A stretch of DNA of 64,000 nucleotides from a virus. Below the pieces are notes generated by a model, which ran no database searches, was not told where the DNA came from, and saw only the letters and a list, made by a program, of their open reading frames with translations. Positions 43,701-51,286 of this stretch are shown here, piece after piece (positions within the stretch are counted from its first letter, which is position 1; every line of letters begins with the position of its first letter). The position numbers and the translations under genes were made by a program. The stretch is taken from IMG/VR virus record IMGVR_UViG_3300033182_000769, positions 1 through 64,000 of that record; one strand, written 5' to 3'.

Positions 43701-45709
43701 ATCGTCCAGTTAACTGTATCAGTATCCCAGTTCCAGTTAAACTCAATATCTCCTACATTATTAATGTTAAGATAACTTAAAGGAAATCCTAACTCAGAAT
43801 CATTAGGTCCATTACCTTCTTTGTAACTTACTAACTTTGATCCTTTAAATGTACTACTTGGATATGTTTCTTCATTGCTAAAACTTACACCATCGTTATC
43901 AAATACATCATATAATGGTGGTTGATTAACTTTAGTCTTTTCTTGACTTTTAACCCAATGCGTTCCGTCAAAGTGATACATTTTTCCAGCATTTTCATTT
44001 CCACGTTTTATAAGAACACACTCACCAATCGTTGAAGTTGAATCTTCAACTTCTTTTAGATTGATGGTTCTTTTATTGTTATGAGTTATGAAATTTACTT
44101 CGTAAATTTTATTATTTGCCAGACTATCTGTATCTGCAATAATAAGAATTCTTGCTCCTTGGAACAAATATTCGCCGTCTACATTATAACTCTTACTACC
44201 TTCAATTTTAGAAAAAGCATCTTTTGTATAGGTGTCTACGTAATCTACAGGGGCCTTTGCTACAGATCCATGATTAAACATCTGTATGTTAGGTAAGAAT
44301 TCAATAATAGGTCTTTTTGCTCTTGCTTCTTCTGAACCTTCAAACGTTAGGCCTCTCTCGGTATAGGCTGTGTTAATAGTTGACTTATGGAACCAACGAT
44401 TGTATCGTGCCCATGGATTAGTATCTTTACTGTGTCTGGAAACAGTGATATAATCTTTGCTGTACGGAAACGCAGTAGCATCGTCAAACGGCTGTGTGTC
44501 AAATCCGTCGTTATCATATAAAATCTCAGGAGTTTCTTCTGACAACACTGGCGGTGTTAATTCATCTAAATTAATTAGTGCGATTTCGTTGCCGACACCT
44601 TCTACTAACCATTTTGATGATGCATATTTTTGAGGGCTCACTCCTCCCATAAATTCTACAACTAAACCATTTGTAAACTCTATACCATTACTTGATGTGT
44701 AGTTTTGTTTTCCGATAACTTCTTTTTCAACATCGATAAACGTGTTTTCTTCAATATCAGCAATTATAAACTTACCAAGCCTTGTTGGGTCGGCAGCACT
44801 TTGATAATATAAAATATCAGGAGCGTCTAATGGAACTTCAAAAGTAATTGTTCCTTTCTTTGCTCCGTTATTAGTAATTCCTTTAATAAAATCTAATGCA
44901 GAAGTATCTCTGGCATTAGTATCTACTAACTCCCAATCTTGGCTATTAATATCAATAGTACTGTGGTCAGCAATTTCAATGGTTCTCAATGCTTTCCATA
45001 GTTCCCCGTCAAATACAGCAAGGTCGCCTTCAAAGTAAGCACGGCCTGGATTAAATAACAAAGAACCTGTATCGTAATTTTTTCTAATTACAAACCCTTC
45101 AGTAGAGTTTACTTTAAATTCGTAAGTTTGGCCTCTATATAAAATAAGATCCGGGTTATCAGTATATCCATCTGGTGTAAAGATCCAACTTGAAACTGTT
45201 CCTGCTTTGACTTTATATGTACTTAGAACTTCTTGTGTTTGGCCTTTAACGGAAACCGGAACTGGTCCTAACGGTAGCCAATAGTATTCGCGATAGTTTA
45301 CAAACTTATCCCAGTCAATCGGAGGGCTCCATGAATAGTGTTCTTGGAAATTTAATTTATCGTCTCTGTCGGAATTACTACCAAAGAATTTAAGTTGACT
45401 TTTTAAATCTAAATAATCGCTAAACGATACAATATTATTATTTTCATCTTTAATAACAACACCAGGCTCTAACTGATATGCACTTCTTAATGTGTTATCA
45501 GTATCGAGATACGTGCTTTGTCCATTGTACGTTTTTCCGTAACGACGACCAATATAACCAACAGTGCGTTCAAGCTCTCCGGGTTGTATTAATGGGTCAA
45601 ATGTTCCTGCAAAAAACTTCTCATTTGCAGGTGTCTTAAATACCGTAGGTAAAAAGTCTACTGTTCGTCTAATAGGTAATCCACTTTGTGGAAAAGACTT
45701 ATCTTCCAT
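31730..45709 (-). CDS. Giant (4659 aa) baseplate wedge / structural protein
   Basis: Uninterrupted 14-kb ORF in the gp7-equivalent position after the gp6-like gene; FG-GAP-like propeller blades, CBM5/12-like repeats, VxVNG repeats. Confidence 0.8.
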   Translation of the reverse strand: MEDKSFPQSGLPIRRTVDFLPTVFKTPANEKFFAGTFDPLIQPGELERTVGYIGRRYGKTYNGQSTYLDTDNTLRSAYQLEPGVVIKDENNNIVSFSDYLDLKSQLKFFGSNSDRDDKLNFQEHYSWSPPIDWDKFVNYREYYWLPLGPVPVSVKGQTQEVLSTYKVKAGTVSSWIFTPDGYTDNPDLILYRGQTYEFKVNSTEGFVIRKNYDTGSLLFNPGRAYFEGDLAVFDGELWKALRTIEIADHSTIDINSQDWELVDTNARDTSALDFIKGITNNGAKKGTITFEVPLDAPDILYYQSAADPTRLGKFIIADIEENTFIDVEKEVIGKQNYTSSNGIEFTNGLVVEFMGGVSPQKYASSKWLVEGVGNEIALINLDELTPPVLSEETPEILYDNDGFDTQPFDDATAFPYSKDYITVSRHSKDTNPWARYNRWFHKSTINTAYTERGLTFEGSEEARAKRPIIEFLPNIQMFNHGSVAKAPVDYVDTYTKDAFSKIEGSKSYNVDGEYLFQGARILIIADTDSLANNKIYEVNFITHNNKRTINLKEVEDSTSTIGECVLIKRGNENAGKMYHFDGTHWVKSQEKTKVNQPPLYDVFDNDGVSFSNEETYPSSTFKGSKLVSYKEGNGPNDSELGFPLSYLNINNVGDIEFNWNWDTDTVNWTILQKEYSKKVATGFYKMENEYQNGWIRTSNDFIQPILDSTVLIRETSGATLFSVDWDELDKDPNRKINFYLNGERLHDTYTRVRNTFTFDSTTFVENDVVSVKIIGDVDPEDGYYEFPVGLEKNPLNDSLTSFTLGQATDHIASALEFNDEFVGKLPGNSNLRDLGDYRQHSKRFMKHAGLTPISVNMLCSKTDSVVKAIQYAKQAYVTFKNNFLSRALELEFNENIPDFVDEIMNSMTLAKSIKSPFADMDMIGSGAYNSIDYVVEDEGIKTFALTEKFDLTELSRRAVYVYHNGKQLLHNRDYTFNATFGFITLTIDLAEFDTIQIREYGSTAFCHIPPTPTKLGMYKKYTPMMYADNTYIEPRNMIQGHDGSLVSAYGDYRDDILLELEYRIYNNIKVEYNVEVFDNDEVVGGYYYKGLYDKQDLDDIVSQEFLKWVNNTNINYTINEYFDSENSFTYTYSNMTDPASKVNLPGWWRGVYDWFYDTTRPNLTPWEMLGFSEKPDWWDEEYGKAPYTKGNLVLWQDLEDGIVRHGHRAGTYDRYKRPGLTSYIPVDYDGNVVSPLDSGMVTNFTLINNQGSFKLGDISPAEYAWRTSSEFPYAITTAMALLRPFDFITSNLNRATTTRNLAGQLVDIETNMFQTKDTFDVPKAGETLSSGLINYLTAYLKSNGLNVQEIKDRILNTDVMLSTRLSGFVDKEKQRYLLDSKNPSASNSSIYIPYENYDVIFNVSAPIKSVTYSGLVITKITGGWTINGYDDIQPWFNYYKPVPSQKDPLLSVGGVSEGFTVWTSNKKYNNGIIVQYRQDYYRALETHQTETFETNKWQKLAKLPLRGAIEAFRRRTFDKTQVQRLSYGQKLTNIQDVVDFMLGYEQYLKGEGFVFENYDYENKVAQDFISAAKEFMFWTSHNWANNSIITISPAAQVAQINIEVGVADNLLDSFYQYNILRGDGQPLDPKLIDVKRDFKKVTISTTNTTEGLYFIKFYYVLKEHVAVFDHKSVFNDVIYNKETGYRQDRIKTQGYRTSDWDGDYTSPGFIFDNVNIASWSPYTDYRLGDIVSHKSKYWTSRFNHTGTENFSERNWTLLDSDPQRQLLPNFDFKINEFEDFYDVSTDGISQSQRDLARHTIGYQQRNYLENLAEDPVTQFQLYQGFIREKGTPNSVSKVFDKLSVRSAGGAVALHEEWAFRVGQLGGVDQHQEIEVEIYKENFELNPQPVQIVKDASGNYFDKIYRVPESNFTIKQIPFTTDIIPTSSEVEENLTAGYVKLSQVDWAVARRDDILDININSVYDNDHIWVTFEEGYEWTVLRVRLAEDLLVSHAALNDDKISVTLQMNKPHSITAGEIIGIKSVTNINGFFKVLSTPVVDGKFSIVIAVEKGTLEPEIEDSSYTTLYRLDTARFASYDDVPEEASAILKNGSKLFIDNNGNGLWEVVKKQKQYEPTNITDFGITDPKQVGYKVLYNSTTTNTLVSMPGSGFVMSYIDIRGGLEMKQIIAPPSGYTSKMLGSFGLSMALSPDNKWLAVGAPKASDMRTYFQGPFDPELYYAEGDIVYYDGKLWKAQRDITGDGSSINVYSEDWAVATVIESYETATKSGYTQQGVVMLYEYAEEQWNHRYNIVSPRPTNNEFFGSDITLSKTSTGYTMAVSAIGAVENTGRVYLFDYNTAIKWHFKENKNYKGIYNPGAYFTGTFATMPDGTPSVTVEELGTDSTIDSIELGMILSGPGVTDGTTIISQYSGATKGNGVYILNQEVPPITTEVMAVSFYPKGSVVYWEEQTYYAAKDLYSNDYDNLISAAPVDWVPMDPVATQNSLPHSLSIHDDGSTLMSGVLDDNQLSELLKYGDEFGTRVKMNYDGSVLLVSAPKADGQHFPNFRGVWRPDLEYKEGDVVAYDTTYQRLSEGVATSYNQEPGGMPWEEIGDSTRVEAGKVFVYRRNDFGFYALEQTITTDSLDDISDVEGESINSGDRFGHSLDIDFSGTTFIVSSPKADINYQNQGSAYIFKYESDSSFMQFRLKQKIESYEQFPSEYFGQSVSISPTSGRIVIGANNTPYTSITRFDGFNTSFDEERTSFISEAGFAGSVYVFELRGNKYFLTEKLEDNLSLNESFGWSVDCSDSVIAVGSPTYRDRDDENVLEYGSETGTVRTFKKSLTVNSWATMESKKPLVWIDKIKSIELYDNVDNIKIQDIEIIDPVKMRILRAADQEIRFQTPYDPATYTVGTDDVNVDADTAWTTKNVGQLWWDLSTVKWLHYEQGDLSYRLGNWNTQAEGSVIDVYEWVESPLLPSEWYGLADITEGLAEGISGTPKNIDNIVYSVKETYNPQTGAVIGRMYYYWVKNTVVVPQDVVGRRISAAQVANAINDPAGQGYVFAVLADSDKIFTYNINSIMQNDTALLNIQLYKNIESENNIHNEYQLLTEGIAESRPTGKLEEKWIDSLAGYDKEGNTVPDPYLPAKQKYGLAFRPRQSMFVNRLPLLEMLVDKVNVILMEQPFANTISFDNLNQVEQAPDPLLRNYDTVVPSYIDLQTVGTTRVRQAILRVNIIDGAVTSIDIINPGYGYKVAPQIEWEGDGSGASAELTIDNQGRINSVTVITSGKKYSVARAKVRPFSVLVEADENSNGFWGIYAWDSARQTFYRTRSQAYDTTRYWQFKDWWKAGYNNSSRITKELMFVSDEAKIKTKVGDLIKIKEYGAGGWAVFEKIAESPTTPFDNYSLVGRYQGTIEILPAIYDSSLSGIGYDNAKSFDTGLYDIENSKELRFLLAALKEDVFLHEYEIKWNELFFTSIRYALAEQTYIDWVFKTSFLNATHTVGCFCRRTNYKSDGLDYFRQYIEEVKPYRTSIRKYTSKYEDVADIPTAFSDFDLPPAYLESVGAVIPVTQKNDEINNYPWKFWLDNKGYEITNIQLSSSGAEYSSVPRVLIEGDGTGAEAIAYVTNSKVGGIKVTKPGKGYTYATITLVGGNPNGAEVATAVAILGNSTARTFNLGVKFDRINKEGTYREFNFNETFIATGQTAIFKLTYPPSRDKSKIVITNNGQVVLSSEYTINLYSLSTNTGYSMLEGNLKFNIAPVKGDVIEIFYEKNDQILDSVNRIDKYYNPSSGMKGKELGQLMTGIDFGGVQVQGTTFEVTGGWDALPWFTDGWDSVDAASDYYVICDGSTTFVTLPYIPLDGKIITIYLKKYRRTSPPSINDLQWDEGIDDTPILRIDDPAYSDNWDSTSTTNPHAQMPTFIGDGSTAVIEIGQYVQTDPGDILIFRPEESDGSVTITDPNLIDARVSGGTLSTMSGAYSTATGKTSEEIVVDGDKFISPDQIQSPEENVPGQVLDSVSIKVFHSSIYGTAALKSKTILSDGSTREYEVGQNILESKSVMVYVNKVQQVLNTDYDVDLNTNRIVLVNAPLEGEVIEILSVNIGGIEILDYQKFEADGDTSLFQTNAPYDKTSSVFVTVNGVSVDAGFINSTDVTDAVDKTLVQFAENPPNLAAIKIVCLGAALDVDSSQQSIVRVGQQVTQYEGSTRSVDIDTFVDLSRGSALSSIIAEVNGRALQGPDTIFEVYDGTNRKFTLGNDPYEAPGAILPENIKVFVNNERLTFIQDYVYDGTTKELTIEETAVTVGDSIKIENNFRAEFELFGNNILIHDNVNMNLGDEISIIWFGEYPSMDMISDETTGGKVFYQLARTPLDVSYVWVYKNGERLTQDIDYSVDRGKNVVYLLVDSVDTDLIKTVVFGSKIYRLPSAFEIQKDMLNVYHYKRYSAADVELAKDLLYYDLTIEVNDATELDDPVPSKNQPGVVIINNEKIEYMQKTGNILSQLRRGAFGTAIKDISKVGTLVTNGGVSETLPYKETQERYDFYSDGSSTLIGPLGFVPTKSNISNWHRDTIPAEYGQCDTLEVFAGGSRLRKAPMSVYHEDLGATSPQGDIEVEAQFSVNGTDEYIRLTEPPPAGTRILIISRSGKTWYDRGSETATTGETLLENKSAIAKFIADKTSKLPE

Positions 45710-48700
45710 TATGATCTACTCACTACTGAATTTGTACTTTGGTTAATTTCAGATGCTGTAATTGATTGAACAATTTCAATATCGTCTACAGTTGCTCCGC
45801 TAATAAAAATTTCATCTGGTCTGCTTTGTATTTCAAATAAACTACCAAATACTTGGCTTGCCTGGCGAGGTACAATTACTAAGTTTGTAACGTCAGGAGC
45901 AATTTTGTTTAAGATATAAGTTGATAACTCACTTAAATAAAACCTATCGCCAAAGTCCCAGTTATTAATGTTAAAGAAGGTATTAATGGCGGTAATTATT
46001 CTTACCTTTAAATCGTTATCATTAATAACCCTTCCTGGATTTTTAACTACTTTAAACTGGGCTTGGAGTTTTTGTTCTGCAGTTTGTCCAAATAGCACTT
46101 TGTAATTAACTGGGTGATATACAATTTCATCACTAATTGATTTAATACCATTTAATTTTCCACCAAACGAGACACGTAAACTATCAGTTGTAGGTGCTTC
46201 TGGCTTTGATGTTGCACCAATTAGATACCTTCTATACGCAGTATCGTACGATCTTGTTAACAAGAATATATCGATGATATTACTTACGCTTGGGTCAATG
46301 CGTCTATCTTCACTGGCGTTATGAATGTACTGGAATTTTAATCCAGAACGACCAAGATTGGCCTTGTACTTACTTTCTAAAATTAGTGTGTTTGTAGTTT
46401 TGTCGACACGCTTAACACGATTTTCGTTACTATCGTAAAAATAAATTAAATCGCCGTCATTATAACTATTAACATTAATTTGCGACTCTCTTTGTTGCAC
46501 GTCAATTGGAGTGGACTCAGTATCAACTAATGTATAAATTGTTGATCCATAATTATCTGTTTCTTCATAAAAGAACAAATAACTCAAATCAAGATCTTCG
46601 CCTACAATATCCTCAAATGCTTCAGGGTTATCAATTACGCCGTCTCTGTCAGTATCAGAGAATGCAATCTTAACTTGCTCATTACTTTCATAGCCATCAT
46701 CAAATTTAATAGTATCGTCTATTTCAAAACTAATATCCCTTACTAACGGGGTGATCATGTCTTTAGTGGTGTTAATTCCTAAAACTCGTACATGGTCTTT
46801 GATAACTGTTCCGGTAGTGGGGTTATAAGCTCTGTCGTTCCTGTCAAAATAGAACCTATTCTGTTCTACGCTTCCGAATACATAATCCATAGTACGGATT
46901 CTAACAACATATTCGTTGGCTTGTTTAACGAATGACATCATCCATGACGAATCTAAATTTTCGTTTGACGTATCTCCCGACTTACCTAAACTAAACGCCG
47001 CCGTAAGATTTAAATTAGACGCTTGGATTATCTTCCATGAAGCAGATTCTCTATCATACCTTAAACCAAAGTTTTGGGATAGGTAGGCATAGTTTGCAAT
47101 TTCTGCCTCTAAAGAACTTGGTATATCATTTACAAACTTAGCAACAATTCTTGAAGCAATTGCACCAGTAGGTATGTGATCGCTAAACTTAATAGCACCT
47201 TGTCCAGAAGATATTACTCCTCTTCCGGCGTTTGTTCCGTCGCCCGAAACGTTTACTACCTTTGTCCATAGATACAATGTTTGATTTGGATCTAATGGAT
47301 TAGCATCAACAATAGTACCTTTCTTAAAGGCCTTACCAGAAGGTGCCACAAATTTAACATTGGCTCCTTCTGCTACAAATCTTAAGTTGTTTGTTGCATA
47401 CGCACCTACTTTAAGTAGGCTACCATCAACAACGTTTTCAAAGTATCCTGTGCTTTCATTAACATTTTTAGTAATCTGTGTCCATACTGTATTTTGATCA
47501 GTGAATAAAATCTTATTAAACTTTGTTAGATAAAAATTATAAAAATCTGTATCTGTAAACACAGGTTCTAAAAATTTCTTAACAAAAGAAATAACTTCTG
47601 TTCGGGTTGTAAATTTAAATGTTAAACTACGTTCATTCTCTTCTTTATAGATGTAGCCGTCGTCAGCAAAAACATTTACTGCACTATATTTTCCAGTAGC
47701 ATCAATAATATCTAAATTTCTTGAAATACCACTTGAAGTTCTGTTAATAGATTTTACCTTTAAAATATCTTGAGAACTTGAAAGAGGTGCTAAGTTATAA
47801 TCCTCAGCAGTAATCATTCTATTTTGTGTATAATATTGTGCAGGAGCATTGCGTTTAATGCTATCCATTGATTCAGTTGCAGTTGCATTAGAAACAGTAG
47901 CCTGTAATCCTAACCCAATAGTTAACGTGTGCTCAACGCCATTCTTATTAAGATATTTAACGCTGATATTAATACCTTTCATTTCTGAAGGTGAAATGGC
48001 GTAAGTTAAACCGTTACTAACACGGTAATAAGTTCTAAATGGGCCTTGAGGTAAGTTTCCATACACGCCGTCTGCAAAGACTAATTCTACACGATCGTCT
48101 TCTTTTGTTTGAACTGCATAGAAATTACGTATGCTGTTTTCTAAACTGTTATAGGCAATGTTATTTCCTGTTAAACTTGAAACTTTTGTCCATTGGTTAG
48201 TTTGCGCACCTGTAGATGATAGTTTAAACAACCAAAGATCGTCGTCGTTAATATTTGTGCTATCAATAGCAATTTTCTCGTTTGACGATGGAACTGATAT
48301 TGAAAAATCTGCAAGTTCTAACGAACCTTGTTTAAACATCATAAAGAAACCAGTATTTGCACTACCTGGTCCTTTGCCGTCTTGTCTATAAACAAACCCA
48401 AACTGATTGCCAGGAGTAGGTGCTTCTTCGTAAATTTCTTCACTATCTTTAAACGTTGTTGAAACAATCTCAAACGTCATACCTTTACCTGCAACTGTTT
48501 TGCTAAAAGTAAAAATAGGAACATCAGTAGTATTTGTTCTGATACGATACTGTTCTGTTGGAATAGATTGAATAGTAGCAGAACCTTGACTACGGCCAAA
48601 TTCAGTGTTATCCGACATTGCAGAATTTAAAATTGTAATAAACTGATCTGCCCAGTTAGGATTTGTTGGATCGTTCCACGAAACAACTTGATTTGCTAAA

Positions 48701-49107
48701 TTTCTACCGTTGTTATCAAGAATTCCTTCAGTGGTTGAAACTGAGGTAAATTTTAATAATCCTTTTGCTGCTTTATTACGCTTTGGGTTATACGAAAGCA
48801 TACGAGCAATACGTAAAACGCTTTCTTTACGCTCTGCTAATTCTAAGAAATTATCACGACTTGCTAAATCAACACGGAATGCTAACGACTGGCCTAAGAA
48901 TGCAATTGCATCAATGAGCGCCATATATTCAGAACTTTCAATGTAATCGTTAAAATCTTCAGGATAATTTTCCCTTAGATATGTAATAATTACACGACGG
49001 AGGTTCTCAAAATCATAAGATTTAAAATCAGCATTACGAAAAGTCTGATATATGCGAGTCCAGTCTTGATTTAAAATTAAGTTATTTTGTCTTGCAGTAA
49101 CGCTCAT
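45709..49107 (-). CDS. gp6: Baseplate wedge subunit, gp6-like
   Basis: FKSYDFENLR, FNDYIESSE, LAERKESVLRIARMLSYNPKR, FADGVYG and QNRMITAEDY; TAAATA at 49126-49131. Confidence 0.8.
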   Translation of the reverse strand: MSVTARQNNLILNQDWTRIYQTFRNADFKSYDFENLRRVIITYLRENYPEDFNDYIESSEYMALIDAIAFLGQSLAFRVDLASRDNFLELAERKESVLRIARMLSYNPKRNKAAKGLLKFTSVSTTEGILDNNGRNLANQVVSWNDPTNPNWADQFITILNSAMSDNTEFGRSQGSATIQSIPTEQYRIRTNTTDVPIFTFSKTVAGKGMTFEIVSTTFKDSEEIYEEAPTPGNQFGFVYRQDGKGPGSANTGFFMMFKQGSLELADFSISVPSSNEKIAIDSTNINDDDLWLFKLSSTGAQTNQWTKVSSLTGNNIAYNSLENSIRNFYAVQTKEDDRVELVFADGVYGNLPQGPFRTYYRVSNGLTYAISPSEMKGINISVKYLNKNGVEHTLTIGLGLQATVSNATATESMDSIKRNAPAQYYTQNRMITAEDYNLAPLSSSQDILKVKSINRTSSGISRNLDIIDATGKYSAVNVFADDGYIYKEENERSLTFKFTTRTEVISFVKKFLEPVFTDTDFYNFYLTKFNKILFTDQNTVWTQITKNVNESTGYFENVVDGSLLKVGAYATNNLRFVAEGANVKFVAPSGKAFKKGTIVDANPLDPNQTLYLWTKVVNVSGDGTNAGRGVISSGQGAIKFSDHIPTGAIASRIVAKFVNDIPSSLEAEIANYAYLSQNFGLRYDRESASWKIIQASNLNLTAAFSLGKSGDTSNENLDSSWMMSFVKQANEYVVRIRTMDYVFGSVEQNRFYFDRNDRAYNPTTGTVIKDHVRVLGINTTKDMITPLVRDISFEIDDTIKFDDGYESNEQVKIAFSDTDRDGVIDNPEAFEDIVGEDLDLSYLFFYEETDNYGSTIYTLVDTESTPIDVQQRESQINVNSYNDGDLIYFYDSNENRVKRVDKTTNTLILESKYKANLGRSGLKFQYIHNASEDRRIDPSVSNIIDIFLLTRSYDTAYRRYLIGATSKPEAPTTDSLRVSFGGKLNGIKSISDEIVYHPVNYKVLFGQTAEQKLQAQFKVVKNPGRVINDNDLKVRIITAINTFFNINNWDFGDRFYLSELSTYILNKIAPDVTNLVIVPRQASQVFGSLFEIQSRPDEIFISGATVDDIEIVQSITASEINQSTNSVVSRS

Positions 49108-49149
49108 GGTTTATTCCCTATACCGTATTTACCTGTATTCATTAACTGG

Positions 49150-49587
49150 TCAGTTTATAGTCGAAGTAGATCTGTCAAAATTAAACTTCATGTTTTCTTT
49201 CATATTAAACGGCAAATATGTAATAATTGCTTCAATTCGTATACCTTGATCTGTACTATCAACAGAAACAGATTCTACATTAATTCGAGGATCGTAATTA
49301 ATAATTTCTTCTACATTCTTGGCAATTTTTTCTTTCACTTCATTAGTAAAAGGTTCAAATAACATATCCCAAATAATGGTTCCAAAACTTGGGTTTTCTA
49401 ACTTCTCTCCCTTTTTTATATAGAAGTGATTTAAAATATCTTGCTTAACTAAATCAATGTCATACTGCTTAAATCCCTTAGTAGCATTCTTTGAATTAAA
49501 TCCTTTATATGTAAAGACATTTGCTCCGTTTGTACCAGCGGATGCTTTTCCTTTTGATAGTGTCCTTGTTTGATACATTTTTGCCAT
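49150..49587 (-). CDS. gp25: Baseplate wedge / sheath initiator, gp25-like
   Basis: LNHFYIKKGEKLENPSFGTIIWDMLFEP and INYDPRI motifs. Confidence 0.85.
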   Translation of the reverse strand: MAKMYQTRTLSKGKASAGTNGANVFTYKGFNSKNATKGFKQYDIDLVKQDILNHFYIKKGEKLENPSFGTIIWDMLFEPFTNEVKEKIAKNVEEIINYDPRINVESVSVDSTDQGIRIEAIITYLPFNMKENMKFNFDRSTSTIN

Positions 49588-51278
49588 TACTCTTCTCCAG
49601 TTAATTCTCTATCTGTGCTCGCTGGGCTCTGTAGTTCAGGAGCAAAGTTCTCGTGTAACGCCCACGGCTCGTGCATCGGAACACGCTTCATTATTGTTTC
49701 TAATGCCTCTTCTTTAATATATTTGGTTTCAGACCATTTTAATGTTCCGTCTGTTTCAACTACTTGGTGTGTAGGTAAATCTTCAACCGGATCTGCTAAA
49801 ATTGCCTTTGTTGCTTCCGGACCGTTCATATGAATTTGTGGAGCAGTTTCAATATGTTTCCCGCCACTATTAATATGTGTCTCTTTACCTGCTGTAAAAG
49901 CATTTTGTCCTGTTGTATTTAAATCTAAATCTTCACCGGTACTAAACCTGGTTGCTCCTGCTACCTTGATATCTAACGATCCATTTGAACTTGCATCAAA
50001 CTCATCTGTATGCGTCCTGGTTTCTATTTTTCCATTAGCACCTATTAAAATATTTGTGTTGAATGCACTTTCTATTTGTATACGGCCGCATTCGTAAAAG
50101 TTTTCTTGTTCTAAAATTTTTCCGTCATTCCATTGAGCAGTTGCTTTCATATTAATGTTGCGTCCTGCTTCAATATTAACATCTCTATCTGCACGGAAAT
50201 TAAAATCTGTTTTTGTATGTACGCTTACGCTATCTTCGGCATAAATGTCTATCTTACCATTAGAACTTAATTCAATCCAAGCGGTTCCTCTACTATTTGT
50301 AATGTAAATTAAATCTTCTGAATTATGCATTAAGAACTGATGTCCGGTTCTTGTTCTAATTCTAAAGTACTCGCTGGACGGTATAGTACCATCCCCTTTT
50401 TCGCCATTTAAAATATCAGCATACGCATTTCCTTGGCCTAATTCGCTGGCGTGGGCCTTACGTTGATATTGATCGTTGCCATCGTCCATAACAATAGTTG
50501 TACCACCAAGACGACTAACGTGTACTGGTTCTGTGGTTTGGTTTTGAATTGTTCCAATCTTTGCTTTTTTTGCTCCAAGTCTTTTGTCTAACGGTCCTGG
50601 TGTACTGATACCAAAAACAGAGCTTGGAACTTCTCTCCTTGCTGTAGACGAATGTACACCCCTTACATCGTCTTGTAACAGACCCTGAACCATTAATCTA
50701 TCAGCAAACGGATGTACTGCTTTTTTTACTCTATCTAATAAATGTGTTTGCCGGTCTTTATTCAACAGACGATTAACTTCAGCAACAGGAAGCGGCAACG
50801 TGCTGCCACTTGGATCTTTCATAGAACCGTATTTGTCTTTGTCTTCTGGGGTCATTTCATAATTAGGAGATGCAGCAATACCAGGAACCATATGATTAGC
50901 AAATCTTGGAGGCACGCATCCTAACCAATACCCTTCTGACGGGTCACCATCTACAAAGAACACTAAAACAGTAACACCAACATCTGGCGGAATCATCCAC
51001 ATACCGTATGATTTTTGAGTGTCGTTGAAATCGGTAGCATTACTGCCCATGTGTTCAAATGCAGTATTGCCAAAGAAGGGCGGCGCTGCTCTAACAACAA
51101 ACGATTGATTTTCATCGCCCATTGTATTGCCTTGGTGTCGCAATAATGTTACTTTTACCGCTCCCATAAATGATGGATCTAAATGACTTATAATGCGAGC
51201 AAGGTGAGGTCCTGGTGATAACGAAATTGATGTTTTCGTTTGCTGTATGTTTGATGGTGTTCTTTTATTTTGTGCCAT
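49587..51278 (-). CDS. Baseplate hub/spike protein, gp5/VgrG-like, with no evident lysozyme domain
   Basis: OB-fold motif DP..MGAVKV...PPDVGVTVLVFF..G...GYWLG; RTRTGHQ; C-terminal beta-helix repeats. Confidence 0.72.
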   Translation of the reverse strand: MAQNKRTPSNIQQTKTSISLSPGPHLARIISHLDPSFMGAVKVTLLRHQGNTMGDENQSFVVRAAPPFFGNTAFEHMGSNATDFNDTQKSYGMWMIPPDVGVTVLVFFVDGDPSEGYWLGCVPPRFANHMVPGIAASPNYEMTPEDKDKYGSMKDPSGSTLPLPVAEVNRLLNKDRQTHLLDRVKKAVHPFADRLMVQGLLQDDVRGVHSSTARREVPSSVFGISTPGPLDKRLGAKKAKIGTIQNQTTEPVHVSRLGGTTIVMDDGNDQYQRKAHASELGQGNAYADILNGEKGDGTIPSSEYFRIRTRTGHQFLMHNSEDLIYITNSRGTAWIELSSNGKIDIYAEDSVSVHTKTDFNFRADRDVNIEAGRNINMKATAQWNDGKILEQENFYECGRIQIESAFNTNILIGANGKIETRTHTDEFDASSNGSLDIKVAGATRFSTGEDLDLNTTGQNAFTAGKETHINSGGKHIETAPQIHMNGPEATKAILADPVEDLPTHQVVETDGTLKWSETKYIKEEALETIMKRVPMHEPWALHENFAPELQSPASTDRELTGEE

Positions 51279-51286
51279 TGTTTACC

